Source: Gammaproteobacteria bacterium
Lineage (GTDB): Bacteria; Pseudomonadota; Gammaproteobacteria; Eutrophobiales; Eutrophobiaceae
DNA length: 64,000 nt
Reading direction: 5' to 3'
Assembly: GCA_963422205.2 (NCBI GenBank)
Contig: CAXMWX010000011.1
Location: 1 to 64,000 of the forward strand
Shown: one piece after another, positions 51,795 through 61,619 of the stretch
Layout: each line of letters begins with the position of its first letter
Position numbering within the stretch: the stretch's first letter is position 1
Program-made: the position numbers and the translations under genes
Notes under the pieces: model-generated
Told to the model about the DNA's origin: nothing
Seen by the model: the letters and a program-made list of their open reading frames with translations, nothing else
The model's database searches: none

Positions 51795-53219
51795 TTATAC
51801 CTCATCCAGCTTATGCTTCTTGATCCGGTAACGTAAGGCCATGCGGGTGATCCCCAGCGCCCGGGCCGCCTTTGAGACATTGCCATCGGCCCTGGCAAGT
51901 GCCTGGCTGATCAATGCCAGCTCGGCGGCATCCAGGGTCATGGGCTCTGCACCGGTCAACGGCGGCGGCTCGGCTGTATGCCCCATCGGCAGGGATAAAT
52001 GCTGTGGCTGTATCTGCCCTTCCCCACAGATCAGCACCGCTCTCTCCATCATGTGTTTTAACTCACGCACATTACCCGGCCAGGCATAGGCTGCCATCGC
52101 CGCCCGGGCCGCCGGCGAGATAGCGACCTCGGTCAAGCCATAGCGTACCATGTTGATCTGGCAAAAATAATCGGCCAGCAGATCAATATCCCGCCCCCGC
52201 TCCCGTAATGCCGGCATGTCGATCGTCAGCACATTCAGCCGGTAGTAAAGATCAGAACGAAATTTGCCTTCTGCTGACAGCTGCTTAATGTCCCGATTGG
52301 TGGCAGCAATGATCCAGGCGGCGACCGATCTTTCCTGTGTCGTGCCAACCCGGCGCAGCGTTCTGCGCTCCAGCACAGCCAGCAGCTTGGCCTGCAAATC
52401 CAGCGGTAATTCACCCATCTCATCCATGAACAAGACGCCATCCTCCGCCGCCTCAATCAGGCCGGTGCGTGATACATGGGCGCTGGTAAAAGCGCCTTTT
52501 TCATGCCCGAACAGCTCGGCCTCTATCAGGTCTTTCGGCAGGCTGGCACAATCCACATGCACAAATGGCTTGTCACAGCGTGAACTTCTGGCATGCAGCA
52601 AGCGGGCAATGACATCCTTGCCAGTACCCGTTTCACCCAGGATCAGGATGGTCGGCGGGATAGTGTCGGTGGCACGGGTCAGCTGGTTGATCCGCTCAAC
52701 CTGGCGTTTAATATCGTCCACCCTGGCCGACTCGCCGAGAAAAACCACGGCCTCGGCGGCATTTTGCTCTCGCTTGCTGGAGAGGGTCAGTTTTTGAGAA
52801 AGCCGGTCACGATCCAGCACCTTGTCGATGTTGATCATCAACTCATCCAGATCAACCGGCTTTTTCAGATAATCCGAAGCGCCCAGCTTCATGGCCGAGA
52901 CCGCATCCTCAATCTCACCATAGGCCGACATCACCACCACCGGAATCGACAGGCGCAACCCCGCCCGCATGGCCGATAATAAATCCAGCCCGGAGCCATC
53001 CGGCAGGCGCATGTCCAGCAACACCAGATCAGGGGTGCTGGTCTTGATGCGACGCATCGCCGATTCCAGACTCATCGCCAGGTCGGTCTTGAAGCCGCTA
53101 TGGGTCAAGCGCTTTTGCACGGCCCTGGCAAAGACTTTCTCATCTTCAACAAGCAGGATTTTTTTTTCAATCACCGGCACTTCGGTTGAAGTCACGGCAG
53201 GAAAGGTATTTTCATTCAT
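51795..53219 (-). CDS. Sigma54-dependent (NtrC-family) response regulator
   Basis: REC domain, GETGTGKD, GAFTSA, WPGNVREL and a Fis-type HTH. Confidence 0.95.
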   Translation of the reverse strand: MNENTFPAVTSTEVPVIEKKILLVEDEKVFARAVQKRLTHSGFKTDLAMSLESAMRRIKTSTPDLVLLDMRLPDGSGLDLLSAMRAGLRLSIPVVVMSAYGEIEDAVSAMKLGASDYLKKPVDLDELMINIDKVLDRDRLSQKLTLSSKREQNAAEAVVFLGESARVDDIKRQVERINQLTRATDTIPPTILILGETGTGKDVIARLLHARSSRCDKPFVHVDCASLPKDLIEAELFGHEKGAFTSAHVSRTGLIEAAEDGVLFMDEMGELPLDLQAKLLAVLERRTLRRVGTTQERSVAAWIIAATNRDIKQLSAEGKFRSDLYYRLNVLTIDMPALRERGRDIDLLADYFCQINMVRYGLTEVAISPAARAAMAAYAWPGNVRELKHMMERAVLICGEGQIQPQHLSLPMGHTAEPPPLTGAEPMTLDAAELALISQALARADGNVSKAARALGITRMALRYRIKKHKLDEV

Positions 53220-53239
53220 CGTGTTGTACCCGTGAATCT

Positions 53240-54685
53240 TTACGTAGTGGTGAGGGTGACACAGGTGCCCGTCGGCTTGATGTTGGTAAAAGCGATGTCC
53301 CAGCCGTGACTCTGACAGATCTTAAAGGCAATCGGTATGCCTAGGCCCGTGCCAAACTGCTTGGTTGACGGGCCCGGTTCCAGATCGCCCGGCCTGGGTT
53401 CAAACGGCAGGCCGGGGCCGTGATCCTGCAAGCGGATAGACAGCCGGTTATCTCTCTCATCAATCGCAACGGTAATCTCGCCTGCCCTGGGCGAGGCATC
53501 GGCCGCATTGATCAGCAGGCCGTAAATCGCCTGCTCCATGAGGTCGGGATCGACAGCGATTTCTCGCCCACATTCCCAGCCTTGCCTCACGATATGCAGA
53601 TTTTTATCATGCAGCTTGGGCGTCAGCAGGGCGATGGCCGCATCCAGCAGCACCGTTACCCGAACCTGTTTAAGCACCGGTTGCAGCGGATGCAGGTAAG
53701 AGACCAGGGCATTCACCCAGCGGCCTAACCGATCCGTGGTATCGATGATCGCCTGCCTGCTCTCATGCAATTCGTCGGTGTTATCGACATCCTCAAGTAC
53801 CTGGGCGGTTGCCCGAATGCTGGCGAGTGGATTACGGATATTATGCGCCACCACCGGCACCAGCGCCCCCAGGGCCGCCTGCCGCTCCTGCTGGATCAAG
53901 GCCTGCCGGCTGGTTTTAAGCTCGGCGGCCATCTGGTTAATCGACTGGGCAATCCGTTGAATCTCGTTCACGCCCTGTTCCGGTATTCGGTGTTCAAGAT
54001 CCCCCCGGCTGATGGCCGATGCGCCCACGGTGATGGTGGCCACCTGATTGACAAAGCGGTTGCGAATGACATAACTGGTATAAAAAACGATGATCAGGGT
54101 AAGCAAAAAAATGACTGGGATGAGGACCGGGGCATACTGTGTCCAAAACCTGATCTTCCTGTCGATCGCTGCCAACTCCACGTTAAAATACGCCTTGAAC
54201 TCAAGGTAATTCATCTCAAATTCCCGCATCATCGTCTTTGAGAACTCCGGATCCAGCAGTTTAATCCGTATCACATAGTTCGCTGCATAAGGATCACCAA
54301 AGATCTTGTTCATCTCTTTCTGAATCTTGCGGTAGGCACTCTGTAATGACTGAATGACCTCGGTCTCCTCCCGCAACACCGCCGTCTGCCGAAGCTGATT
54401 AAAATGCCGATCTATACTCCTGGAAAATTCGGTATACACCGCCAGCGCCTCGAAATCTTCCAGCACCCGGGCCTTGATGACTTCCTGCAGCTGAATGAAT
54501 AATTCGCCCCGGATCTGCTCTGCCAGATAAATGGAATTATTCAGGCGAATGGACTCTGCCGAGGTCTGCTGCCACAGGTTGGCAGAGAAACCGCTTAACA
54601 AGGCCGTCACGGTTACCAGACACAAAAAGGCGACTTCATGCAGGAGCAGCAACCGCCTTAAAGACAGGGCGTTTTCAGCAGACAT
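53240..54685 (-). CDS. Sensor histidine kinase (periplasmic sensor, HAMP, HisKA, HATPase)
   Basis: Two TM helices, AHNIRNPL, DHGPG and GTGLG. Confidence 0.93.
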   Translation of the reverse strand: MSAENALSLRRLLLLHEVAFLCLVTVTALLSGFSANLWQQTSAESIRLNNSIYLAEQIRGELFIQLQEVIKARVLEDFEALAVYTEFSRSIDRHFNQLRQTAVLREETEVIQSLQSAYRKIQKEMNKIFGDPYAANYVIRIKLLDPEFSKTMMREFEMNYLEFKAYFNVELAAIDRKIRFWTQYAPVLIPVIFLLTLIIVFYTSYVIRNRFVNQVATITVGASAISRGDLEHRIPEQGVNEIQRIAQSINQMAAELKTSRQALIQQERQAALGALVPVVAHNIRNPLASIRATAQVLEDVDNTDELHESRQAIIDTTDRLGRWVNALVSYLHPLQPVLKQVRVTVLLDAAIALLTPKLHDKNLHIVRQGWECGREIAVDPDLMEQAIYGLLINAADASPRAGEITVAIDERDNRLSIRLQDHGPGLPFEPRPGDLEPGPSTKQFGTGLGIPIAFKICQSHGWDIAFTNIKPTGTCVTLTTT

Positions 54686-54705
54686 ACGCTGAAGTATACC
54701 TTAAA

Positions 54706-54723
54706 CTGGTTGATATCAACCAG
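54706..54723. promoter_or_regulatory. Perfect 18-bp palindrome CTGGTTGATATCAACCAG, candidate upstream activator site
   Basis: About 100 bp upstream of the sigma54 promoter and next to the kinase start. Confidence 0.5.
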
Positions 54724-54818
54724 ATAAAACAGCACGCTGAACCAGCAGGCACGCACTGCGTTTCTACCTGTAATATTTAACGCTTTGTTTTATATATTTT
54801 TTTATCCAATGAACCTGT

Positions 54819-54833
54819 TGGCACGATCTTCGC
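54819..54833 (+). promoter_or_regulatory. Sigma54 -24/-12 promoter for pqqA (TGGCACGATCTTCGC)
   Basis: TGGCAC with exact GG-N10-GC spacing, preceded by an AT tract. Confidence 0.75.
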
Positions 54834-54914
54834 TAGGATGTTGCCGTGCTGCCTGTTAGGCGTACACCGTGCAAGCGGTTCAACCCGAAACCAACAACTT
54901 GGAGGAGACATCTG

Positions 54915-54989
54915 ATGAAATGGGATACACCTGCATACAGCGATATCCGTTTTGGCTTTGAAGTGACAATGTACATCAACAACAAATAA
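54915..54989 (+). CDS. pqqA: PQQ precursor peptide (24 aa, MKWDTPAYSDIRFGFEVTMYINNK), not in the ORF track
   Basis: W-x-x-P and R-x-G-F-E-V-T-M-Y (ExxxY) signature. GGAGGAG RBS. Confidence 0.95.
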   Translation: MKWDTPAYSDIRFGFEVTMYINNK

Positions 54990-55020
54990 GTCTATTGACA
55001 CCAGCCAACATGCTGTAACC

Positions 55021-55048
55021 AAAAAGGGGCGCCATGCCCCTTTTTTTT
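55021..55048 (+). terminator. Intrinsic (possibly bidirectional) terminator after pqqA
   Basis: A5-GGGGC-GCCAT-GCCCC-T8. Confidence 0.85.
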
Positions 55049-55152
55049 CGAAAACCCACCTGTAACAAACAAATATTTGCTGAAAAATCAATAACAAACT
55101 ATGATGATCTACTTATCTTTTGAGCTGGGTTTTTGAGCGATATGACAACCTC

Positions 55153-55752
55153 ATGAGCAAGTTTAGCGTGCATAAATTGACGCATTCGCCCGTGCTTCAT
55201 GCGGCCAGATGGTGTGCCATTGTCTGGCTTGGCATGGTGAGTTTTAAGGCCGGGACAACGGCGGACTATCATCTTGAGATTTCCAAGAGCCAACGTCTCT
55301 TGCAGCTAAAGCAGGCCGAGAGAGTGATCAGGGAATACGCCATCGCCCACGGCAAAGGCGGCAAGGGCACCAAAAGACGCCTCGGTGATAACCGCACACC
55401 CCAGGGCACCTACCAGGTCGTCAAGTTCAAGGCCGACAGCAAATTTCACTTTTTTATCATGCTGAATTACCCCAGCCTGCTGGATGCCTGGCATGGCTAT
55501 CAGGATCATGTCATTGATGCCGTTGATTTTAAGAATATTGCCACGGCCTACAAGCACGGGCATCTGCCGCCGCAATCCACCGCCCTGGGGGGGTATATCG
55601 GTATCCACGGCATCGGTGAGACGACACCGGAGAAGCTGGAGATACACAGGGTGCATAACTGGACTGAAGGCTGTATTGCCTTGCGTAATGATGAGATTCT
55701 GGAATTAAAAGAGCTTGTCACCATCGGGACACGGGTTATCATTTCTGAATAA
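55153..55752 (+). CDS. L,D-transpeptidase (YkuD family)
   Basis: GDNRTPQG, IGIHG...NWTEGCIAL. Confidence 0.9.
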   Translation: MSKFSVHKLTHSPVLHAARWCAIVWLGMVSFKAGTTADYHLEISKSQRLLQLKQAERVIREYAIAHGKGGKGTKRRLGDNRTPQGTYQVVKFKADSKFHFFIMLNYPSLLDAWHGYQDHVIDAVDFKNIATAYKHGHLPPQSTALGGYIGIHGIGETTPEKLEIHRVHNWTEGCIALRNDEILELKELVTIGTRVIISE

Positions 55753-55793
55753 TGCCCTTGCTGATCAACACAACCTGATGGCGGGCATCGTCC

Positions 55794-56567
55794 ATGCAAA
55801 AACAACCGCACCATTTATTTCTCATCTGGCTCATGCTCATGAGCATCGTGCTATTCGGCCTGTTTATCGCCTGGCATGAAAACGCCCTGGGGCTGCTCTA
55901 TCTTGGCGATAAAAGCCGGATTTCCTGGGCGATCACTCTTCTGTTCGTACTCATCACCTTATACAGCGCCCGCCGCATGTTTCTTATCTCAGAAGAGATC
56001 AACTTGTCCGACTGGGTATACCAGATGATAACCGCCAACAGGGATGCCGGATTACACACCGATGCCGGCCATATTTATCTGGCCGAGCATGTCAAGCTGC
56101 CACAGTGTATGCTGACCACCTTCCTGCTGGATATGGTCTACGAAAAACAGCAGCACGACATGGCAGAGAAGCCGAGCCAAAAACAGGAGCCCTCTGCCGA
56201 TTTGCTGGAAGTCTATGAAGCCAGATTAAAAAATCCGCATAACATCGGCTGGTTTTTCAGCGATATCATGATCAAGCTGGGCCTGCTCGGCACCATCATC
56301 GGGTTTGTGTTAATGCTTGGCTCGGTGGTCAACGTTACCGACTTTGATGTCAGTACCATGCAGAATATCCTCAAACAAATGAGCGCTGGCATGGGCACCG
56401 CCCTGTACACCACCTTTGCCGGCCTGGTGTGCAGCATCATCACAGCAACGCAATTTCATCTGCTGGATCAGGGCGCCGATGAGCTGGTAGAACAGGCCAA
56501 GCAGTTGACCTACGTCCACCTGCTGCCGGGCTATGATAAAAACTCCCCAGCAAAAACCCATGAATAA
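55794..56567 (+). CDS. MotA/TolQ/ExbB-family ion-channel subunit
   Basis: KLGLLGTIIGF and GMGTALYTTFAGL TM motifs. Confidence 0.88.
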   Translation: MQKQPHHLFLIWLMLMSIVLFGLFIAWHENALGLLYLGDKSRISWAITLLFVLITLYSARRMFLISEEINLSDWVYQMITANRDAGLHTDAGHIYLAEHVKLPQCMLTTFLLDMVYEKQQHDMAEKPSQKQEPSADLLEVYEARLKNPHNIGWFFSDIMIKLGLLGTIIGFVLMLGSVVNVTDFDVSTMQNILKQMSAGMGTALYTTFAGLVCSIITATQFHLLDQGADELVEQAKQLTYVHLLPGYDKNSPAKTHE

Positions 56568-56573
56568 AAACCC

Positions 56574-57170
56574 ATGAACAAACGACACAAACGCTATCAA
56601 TCCGACCCGTTTACTGATCTGCTGTTTAATGCCCTGCTGGGTTTTACGTTTTTGTTCCTGGTGGCCATCATGTTCATGAACCCGGAAGCAAAATCCGGCA
56701 TCATCGATCCCAAGGCCGAATATATCCTGACGATTACCTGGGAGGATAACAGCCCGGATGATATCGACACTTGGGTGGAAGACCCGGACGGCCGGGTAGT
56801 CTGGTTTCGTAATCCGGAGGCCGGCCTGCTGCATTTAGACCGGGATGATCGCGGTATGCTGAACGATATCATCATGATCAATGGCGAGCCTAAGGAAAAC
56901 CCCTTAAATCAGGAAATCGTCACCTTGCGCGGGGTGGTACGGGGCGAGTATGTCGTCAATCTTCACTATTATGCCTCAGAGACCGGTCAGGCGGTTGATG
57001 TCAATGTCAGGCTGGTGAAGGTGAATCCGGCCCTGGAAGTGATCTACTATGATACCGTCACAATGGGAAAAGCAGGCGATGAGAAGACCGCCCTGCGCTT
57101 TAACATTCATTTTGATGGCGGCATATCAAACATCAACCAGTTGCCTAAATCACTGGTTTCTTTAGGCTGA
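56574..57170 (+). CDS. Single-TM partner with MotB/ExbD-like Asp (PFTDLLF) and a periplasmic YfaP/DUF2135-like domain
   Basis: N-terminal TM containing Asp. ITWEDNSPDDIDTWVEDPDG, LDRDDRG and VNLHYY. Confidence 0.65.
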   Translation: MNKRHKRYQSDPFTDLLFNALLGFTFLFLVAIMFMNPEAKSGIIDPKAEYILTITWEDNSPDDIDTWVEDPDGRVVWFRNPEAGLLHLDRDDRGMLNDIIMINGEPKENPLNQEIVTLRGVVRGEYVVNLHYYASETGQAVDVNVRLVKVNPALEVIYYDTVTMGKAGDEKTALRFNIHFDGGISNINQLPKSLVSLG

Positions 57171-57188
57171 ATCTTAAGGGGGAGCGGC

Positions 57189-57710
57189 GTGTTTACACTG
57201 GGTGTTATCGGGCTGGTATCGGCCTATATTCTGACTGTGCTGTTACTGCTCAGCATCAACTTATATGCCAATATTTCATGGAAAATAAAAGCCATCTCCA
57301 TCATTGCGGCAACCTGTCTTTATGCCATCACCTATCAATCCATCCCCCCTCTCCTGGGCTGGCCGACGGCAGATGAGCTACCGACAAGATTCAGGCTGGT
57401 GGCCGCCGATGTCCAGCAGCCCGACAAACAAACCGGACAAAAAGGGATGATTTTTCTCTGGCTTAAAGACCTGGAGGATCTCTCGGTGACTGCCCGGCCC
57501 CGCGCCTATCAGATTGCCTACAGTGACCAGCTGTATGAGTTGGTCATCAAAGCGAAATCGAAAATGGAGAAAGGGATGCCACAGCTAGGTGAATTTAAAA
57601 AACCAGAACAAGATACTATCCGATTGGTTGATGATCTGAATCGCCTGGGACAGGAAGCCTTTAATATCGAGTTCTATGACTTGCCCGACCCACTCATTCC
57701 AGAGAAATAA
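57189..57710 (+). CDS. Conserved-looking membrane protein (2 N-terminal TM helices), third gene of the motor-like operon
   Basis: GGGGAG RBS, hydrophobic N-terminus, LLGWPT and PRAY motifs. Confidence 0.6.
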   Translation: MFTLGVIGLVSAYILTVLLLLSINLYANISWKIKAISIIAATCLYAITYQSIPPLLGWPTADELPTRFRLVAADVQQPDKQTGQKGMIFLWLKDLEDLSVTARPRAYQIAYSDQLYELVIKAKSKMEKGMPQLGEFKKPEQDTIRLVDDLNRLGQEAFNIEFYDLPDPLIPEK

Positions 57711-57737
57711 CACGCCCCTGATCGCATCACACACGCC

Positions 57738-60428
57738 ATGACCGAAGGCACCAAAGAAAAACGATTCTTAACCGAGCTCGAAGCCCTGTTCACCGGCGCT
57801 GAAGTGGAGGGCGATTCCGGCTTTGTCAATCTGATGCAGATGAAGCGGCGCTATTTTCAGTCCCTGCGCCCGCAACTGATGGCCGAGATCGACCAGCGCG
57901 CCGAAAAGCAAACCAGCTTCCGAGAAGAACTGTTCGACAAGCTCTACACCTTCTTTCAACGCTATTTTTGCGAAAGCGGCTCCATCTATTTCCGCCACCT
58001 GCCAGCCTTTGCCAAAACCTACGAACGCGTCTACGAAGACGGCCAGGATGTCGCCCTGTCGTGGAAGACGCAGATGCTTTACTACGTCAAATCCGATGTA
58101 CTGGTGCGCTCCATAACGGTGGAATTGAACGAGGAAGGCGCACCACAGAAAACCAGGCGATTTTATTTTGACGCTTCAAAATTTGAAGGCAAACAGAACA
58201 ACGAAAAGCGCGAATTTGTGTTCAGCTTTGCACAGGTGAAAGAAGAAAAACAGGGGCAGGTGGTGCATCTCAACGTGGCCTATTCACAGCGCGGCAACAG
58301 AACCAACACCGGCGACATCGTGAAACAGGCGGGCAAAGACGGCGCAGCCCTCACCGAGGAACAACTGCAAAAAGCGATCGGCGTGTTTCGCCGTCAGACC
58401 GAAGCCGATTTTTTCATCAACAAAGATGCGAAGGGGTTTTTACGCGAGCAGTTTGACCTGTGGATGTATCAATACATCTTTTCCGAGCAAACCATCTTTG
58501 AAGAGAAGCGCATAAAACAGCTTCAGGCAATCAAAGAAACAGCATACTTCATCATTGACTTTATCGCACAATTCGAAGATGAGTTACGGCGTGTATGGGA
58601 AAAACCGAAGTTTGTCCGCAAGGTAAACTATGTGGTGACGCTGGACAAATTGACAGATGAAACATTGCAAAAAATAATAACGCACAAGGGCGTAAAAGCA
58701 CAGATCAAAGAATGGCAGGCGCTCGGCATGGTGGATGATGCGTTTTCCATGCAGAGCCTCTTCAACGGGCAAGGAAACCTGTACAGAGAAAACGGCATGG
58801 GCGATGACTATAAATATCTGCCGCTGGATACCAAACATTTTAAGGATTTGGAACTGGAAATCCTTGATGATCTCGGCAATCTGGACGAAGCGCTGGACGG
58901 CGAACTGGTACACAGCGAGAACTGGCAGGCATTGAATACCTTAAAAGCGCGGTATCAGGGGAAGGTGAAATGTATTTATATTGATCCGCCTTATAATACT
59001 GATGCGTCAGCAATTCTCTATACAAATAGTTACAAGGATTCATCCTGGCTTTCTCTAATGGAAAACCGCTTATCGCTATCCAAACAATTTCTATGGAAAA
59101 ACGGTATTTTGTGCTGTGCTATAGATGATGAGGAGTTTTTGCTTCTGAAACAAATAACGGATTCTTTGTTTACAAAAAATCTGGGGATTGCCACTGTCCG
59201 TTCAAATCCAGCAGGCCGTAAAACAAAAGGAAAACTGTCGCCATCGCATGAATATGCCATGTTCATTGGCGAGTCGGAAAACTCTATCCTCGGCAGTTTG
59301 CCAAAAACTAAAAAATCTCTTGACCGTTATCCAGAAAGAGATGAGCAAGGTCAGTTTGCCTGGGCAAGTTTTGTGCGTTCAGGATCTGGTGATAGGCGAG
59401 AAGATCGCCCAAAACTACATTATCCGATTTTTGTTAATAGCAAGAATAAAATCAGAATACCAAAAATGGAATGGGATACAGATACGGGTGAGTACAATTT
59501 ACAGGAACAGCCTCGGGATGATGAAACTGTCGTTTATCCGTTTCGCGAAATTGATGACAAGCTGATAGAGGGAAGATGGCATCGTGGCTATCAGCGAGTT
59601 ATAGATGAGCCAGAAGAATTCCGTGCTTCCCGTTCATCTGAAAACAGAGTTTCCATTCATTTCAAAACCCGTATGGACTTACACTCTATGCCCACGACTT
59701 GGTGGAGTGAAAATGAATATGCCTCTTCTAATTATGGCACTGGAGAGTTGAAAAAACTTTTTAGTTATGGCGATTTTGATTTCGCAAAGGCACCTAGATT
59801 AGTTCAGGATTGCCTGATAACAGCAGGGGCAAATGAGAATAATATAAACATTTTAGACTACTTCGCCGGTTCCGGCACCACTGCCCATGCGGTGATCAAT
59901 CTCAATCGGGAAGACGGCGGCAGGCGAAAATACCTGCTGATTGAAATGGGCGAGTATTTTCACACTGTTCTGCTACCGCGTATCAAGAAGGTGGTGTATT
60001 CCAAAGACTGGCGCGAAGGCAAACCCGTCTCCCGTGAAGGCAGCAGCCATTTTCTGAAATACTACACCCTGGAACAGTACGAAGAAACCCTGAAAAACTC
60101 GCATTATGCGGACGGCGACCAACTGGAGTTGGACAGCACAAAATCGCCGTTTGAGCAATACGTTTTCTTTGGCGATGACAAGCTCGCCCAGGCCGTTAAG
60201 CTGCAAAAAAACGGCAAGCTGAAGATCAACCTGCATCATCTTTACAAGGACATAGACATCGCCGAATCCCTGGTCAACATCCTCGGCAAAACCATCCGCA
60301 AACGCACGGCAGAGCGCGTCACCTTTGCCGACGGCAGCAGCGAGAAAACCAACCCGTCAACCATGACCGAACAAGAAAAACAACATTTTATATCACTCAT
60401 CAAACCTTATCTGTGGTGGGGGGAGTGA
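57738..60428 (+). CDS. mod: Type III R-M methyltransferase (Mod)
   Basis: IYIDPPYN, LDYFAGSGTTAHAV. Followed by a res-type helicase. Confidence 0.9.
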   Translation: MTEGTKEKRFLTELEALFTGAEVEGDSGFVNLMQMKRRYFQSLRPQLMAEIDQRAEKQTSFREELFDKLYTFFQRYFCESGSIYFRHLPAFAKTYERVYEDGQDVALSWKTQMLYYVKSDVLVRSITVELNEEGAPQKTRRFYFDASKFEGKQNNEKREFVFSFAQVKEEKQGQVVHLNVAYSQRGNRTNTGDIVKQAGKDGAALTEEQLQKAIGVFRRQTEADFFINKDAKGFLREQFDLWMYQYIFSEQTIFEEKRIKQLQAIKETAYFIIDFIAQFEDELRRVWEKPKFVRKVNYVVTLDKLTDETLQKIITHKGVKAQIKEWQALGMVDDAFSMQSLFNGQGNLYRENGMGDDYKYLPLDTKHFKDLELEILDDLGNLDEALDGELVHSENWQALNTLKARYQGKVKCIYIDPPYNTDASAILYTNSYKDSSWLSLMENRLSLSKQFLWKNGILCCAIDDEEFLLLKQITDSLFTKNLGIATVRSNPAGRKTKGKLSPSHEYAMFIGESENSILGSLPKTKKSLDRYPERDEQGQFAWASFVRSGSGDRREDRPKLHYPIFVNSKNKIRIPKMEWDTDTGEYNLQEQPRDDETVVYPFREIDDKLIEGRWHRGYQRVIDEPEEFRASRSSENRVSIHFKTRMDLHSMPTTWWSENEYASSNYGTGELKKLFSYGDFDFAKAPRLVQDCLITAGANENNINILDYFAGSGTTAHAVINLNREDGGRRKYLLIEMGEYFHTVLLPRIKKVVYSKDWREGKPVSREGSSHFLKYYTLEQYEETLKNSHYADGDQLELDSTKSPFEQYVFFGDDKLAQAVKLQKNGKLKINLHHLYKDIDIAESLVNILGKTIRKRTAERVTFADGSSEKTNPSTMTEQEKQHFISLIKPYLWWGE

Positions 60429-60431
60429 ATC

Positions 60432-61619
60432 ATGTATAACGATACTAAATTGTTGACAATAATTTCTCAGGGGGAGAGCGACAATGTGGAGTTTACGCAA
60501 TCTGCCAAAGACCTGGACAAAATCAGAGAAGCGATATGCGCCTTTGCCAATGACTTGCCTGACCATCGAGAGCCTGGTTTTATTTTTATTGGAATTAAAG
60601 ATGACGGAAGTTATGCCGATTTAGCCATTGACGACAAACTGTTGCAAACACTTGGCGGCCTGCGGGACGATGGTAAAATTCTCCCTTTCCCCATGATGGA
60701 AGTCAGCAGGAGATTACTAAACGACCACGAAGTTGCAGTAGTACAGGTGGAACCCTCCGTGAATCCGCCGGTAAAAAGTGACGGTCGATGCTGGATTAGA
60801 ACCGGCCCAAGACGCAGCCAGGCAACCGCTGAGGATGAGCGCCGCTTGACGGAGAAACGCCACTGGGGAAGCCTGACTTATGACATGCAGGGGGTAGCTG
60901 GTGCGTCCGTGGAACATGATCTGGACTTGCGAAAATTCGAAGTTGAATACCTACCCAACGCCGTTTCACAGGAAGTCCTGGAAGGAAATAAACGTAATTT
61001 GAAAGAACAATTACAAGCACTGCGCCTGACATCAGAGGATGGAACACCAACGGTTACGGCGATCCTGATGCTGGGTAAATTTCCTGCTTCCTGGTTTCCG
61101 GGGGCGTATATTCAGTTTGTTCGCTACGACGGTGACAAGGTTACCGACCCTGTTAAGAGTCAAAGGGAAATACACGGCACCTTGTCCGATCAACTTACTG
61201 AGATAGAAAAGATTTTTAATACAAATATTGCAGTTGCGCTTGACGCTGGCCGTGAGATTCATGTGGAAACACCGGATTATCCGGTTGTTGCGTTACGCGA
61301 GCTTATTCGCAATGCCGTTATTCACAGAAACTACAACGGCACTAATACCCCGATTCGATTTCACTGGTTTGAAAACAAGATAGAAATTATCAGCCCAGGT
61401 TCTGTTTATGGCGTGGTCACGCGGGAAAACTTTGGCAGTCCCGGCATTACTGACTACCGCAACCCCACCATTGCCGAGGCGATGAAGAATATGGGGTACA
61501 TGGAGCGGTTCGGCACCGGCATAGACAAGGCGCGTAGAGCGCTGGAGGAGAATAGCAATCCAGCGCCGAAATTAACCGCCGAGGATACATTTATTTTTGT
61601 TGAAATCAGGAAGTCATAG
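60432..61619 (+). CDS. Schlafen/AlbA_2 domain fused to HATPase_c_4 (RecG_C-like) domain
   Basis: ESDNVEF, AICAFAN, IFIGIKDDG. ALRELIRNAVIHRNY, RNPTIA and GTGI. Confidence 0.85.
   Translation: MYNDTKLLTIISQGESDNVEFTQSAKDLDKIREAICAFANDLPDHREPGFIFIGIKDDGSYADLAIDDKLLQTLGGLRDDGKILPFPMMEVSRRLLNDHEVAVVQVEPSVNPPVKSDGRCWIRTGPRRSQATAEDERRLTEKRHWGSLTYDMQGVAGASVEHDLDLRKFEVEYLPNAVSQEVLEGNKRNLKEQLQALRLTSEDGTPTVTAILMLGKFPASWFPGAYIQFVRYDGDKVTDPVKSQREIHGTLSDQLTEIEKIFNTNIAVALDAGREIHVETPDYPVVALRELIRNAVIHRNYNGTNTPIRFHWFENKIEIISPGSVYGVVTRENFGSPGITDYRNPTIAEAMKNMGYMERFGTGIDKARRALEENSNPAPKLTAEDTFIFVEIRKS

Noticed and set aside
55794-60428. MotA-like and MotB-like genes next to an R-M system as a Zorya defence system
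   Set aside because: No long ZorA tail, no OmpA-like domain in the partner and no ZorC/D/E. Composition is host-like.
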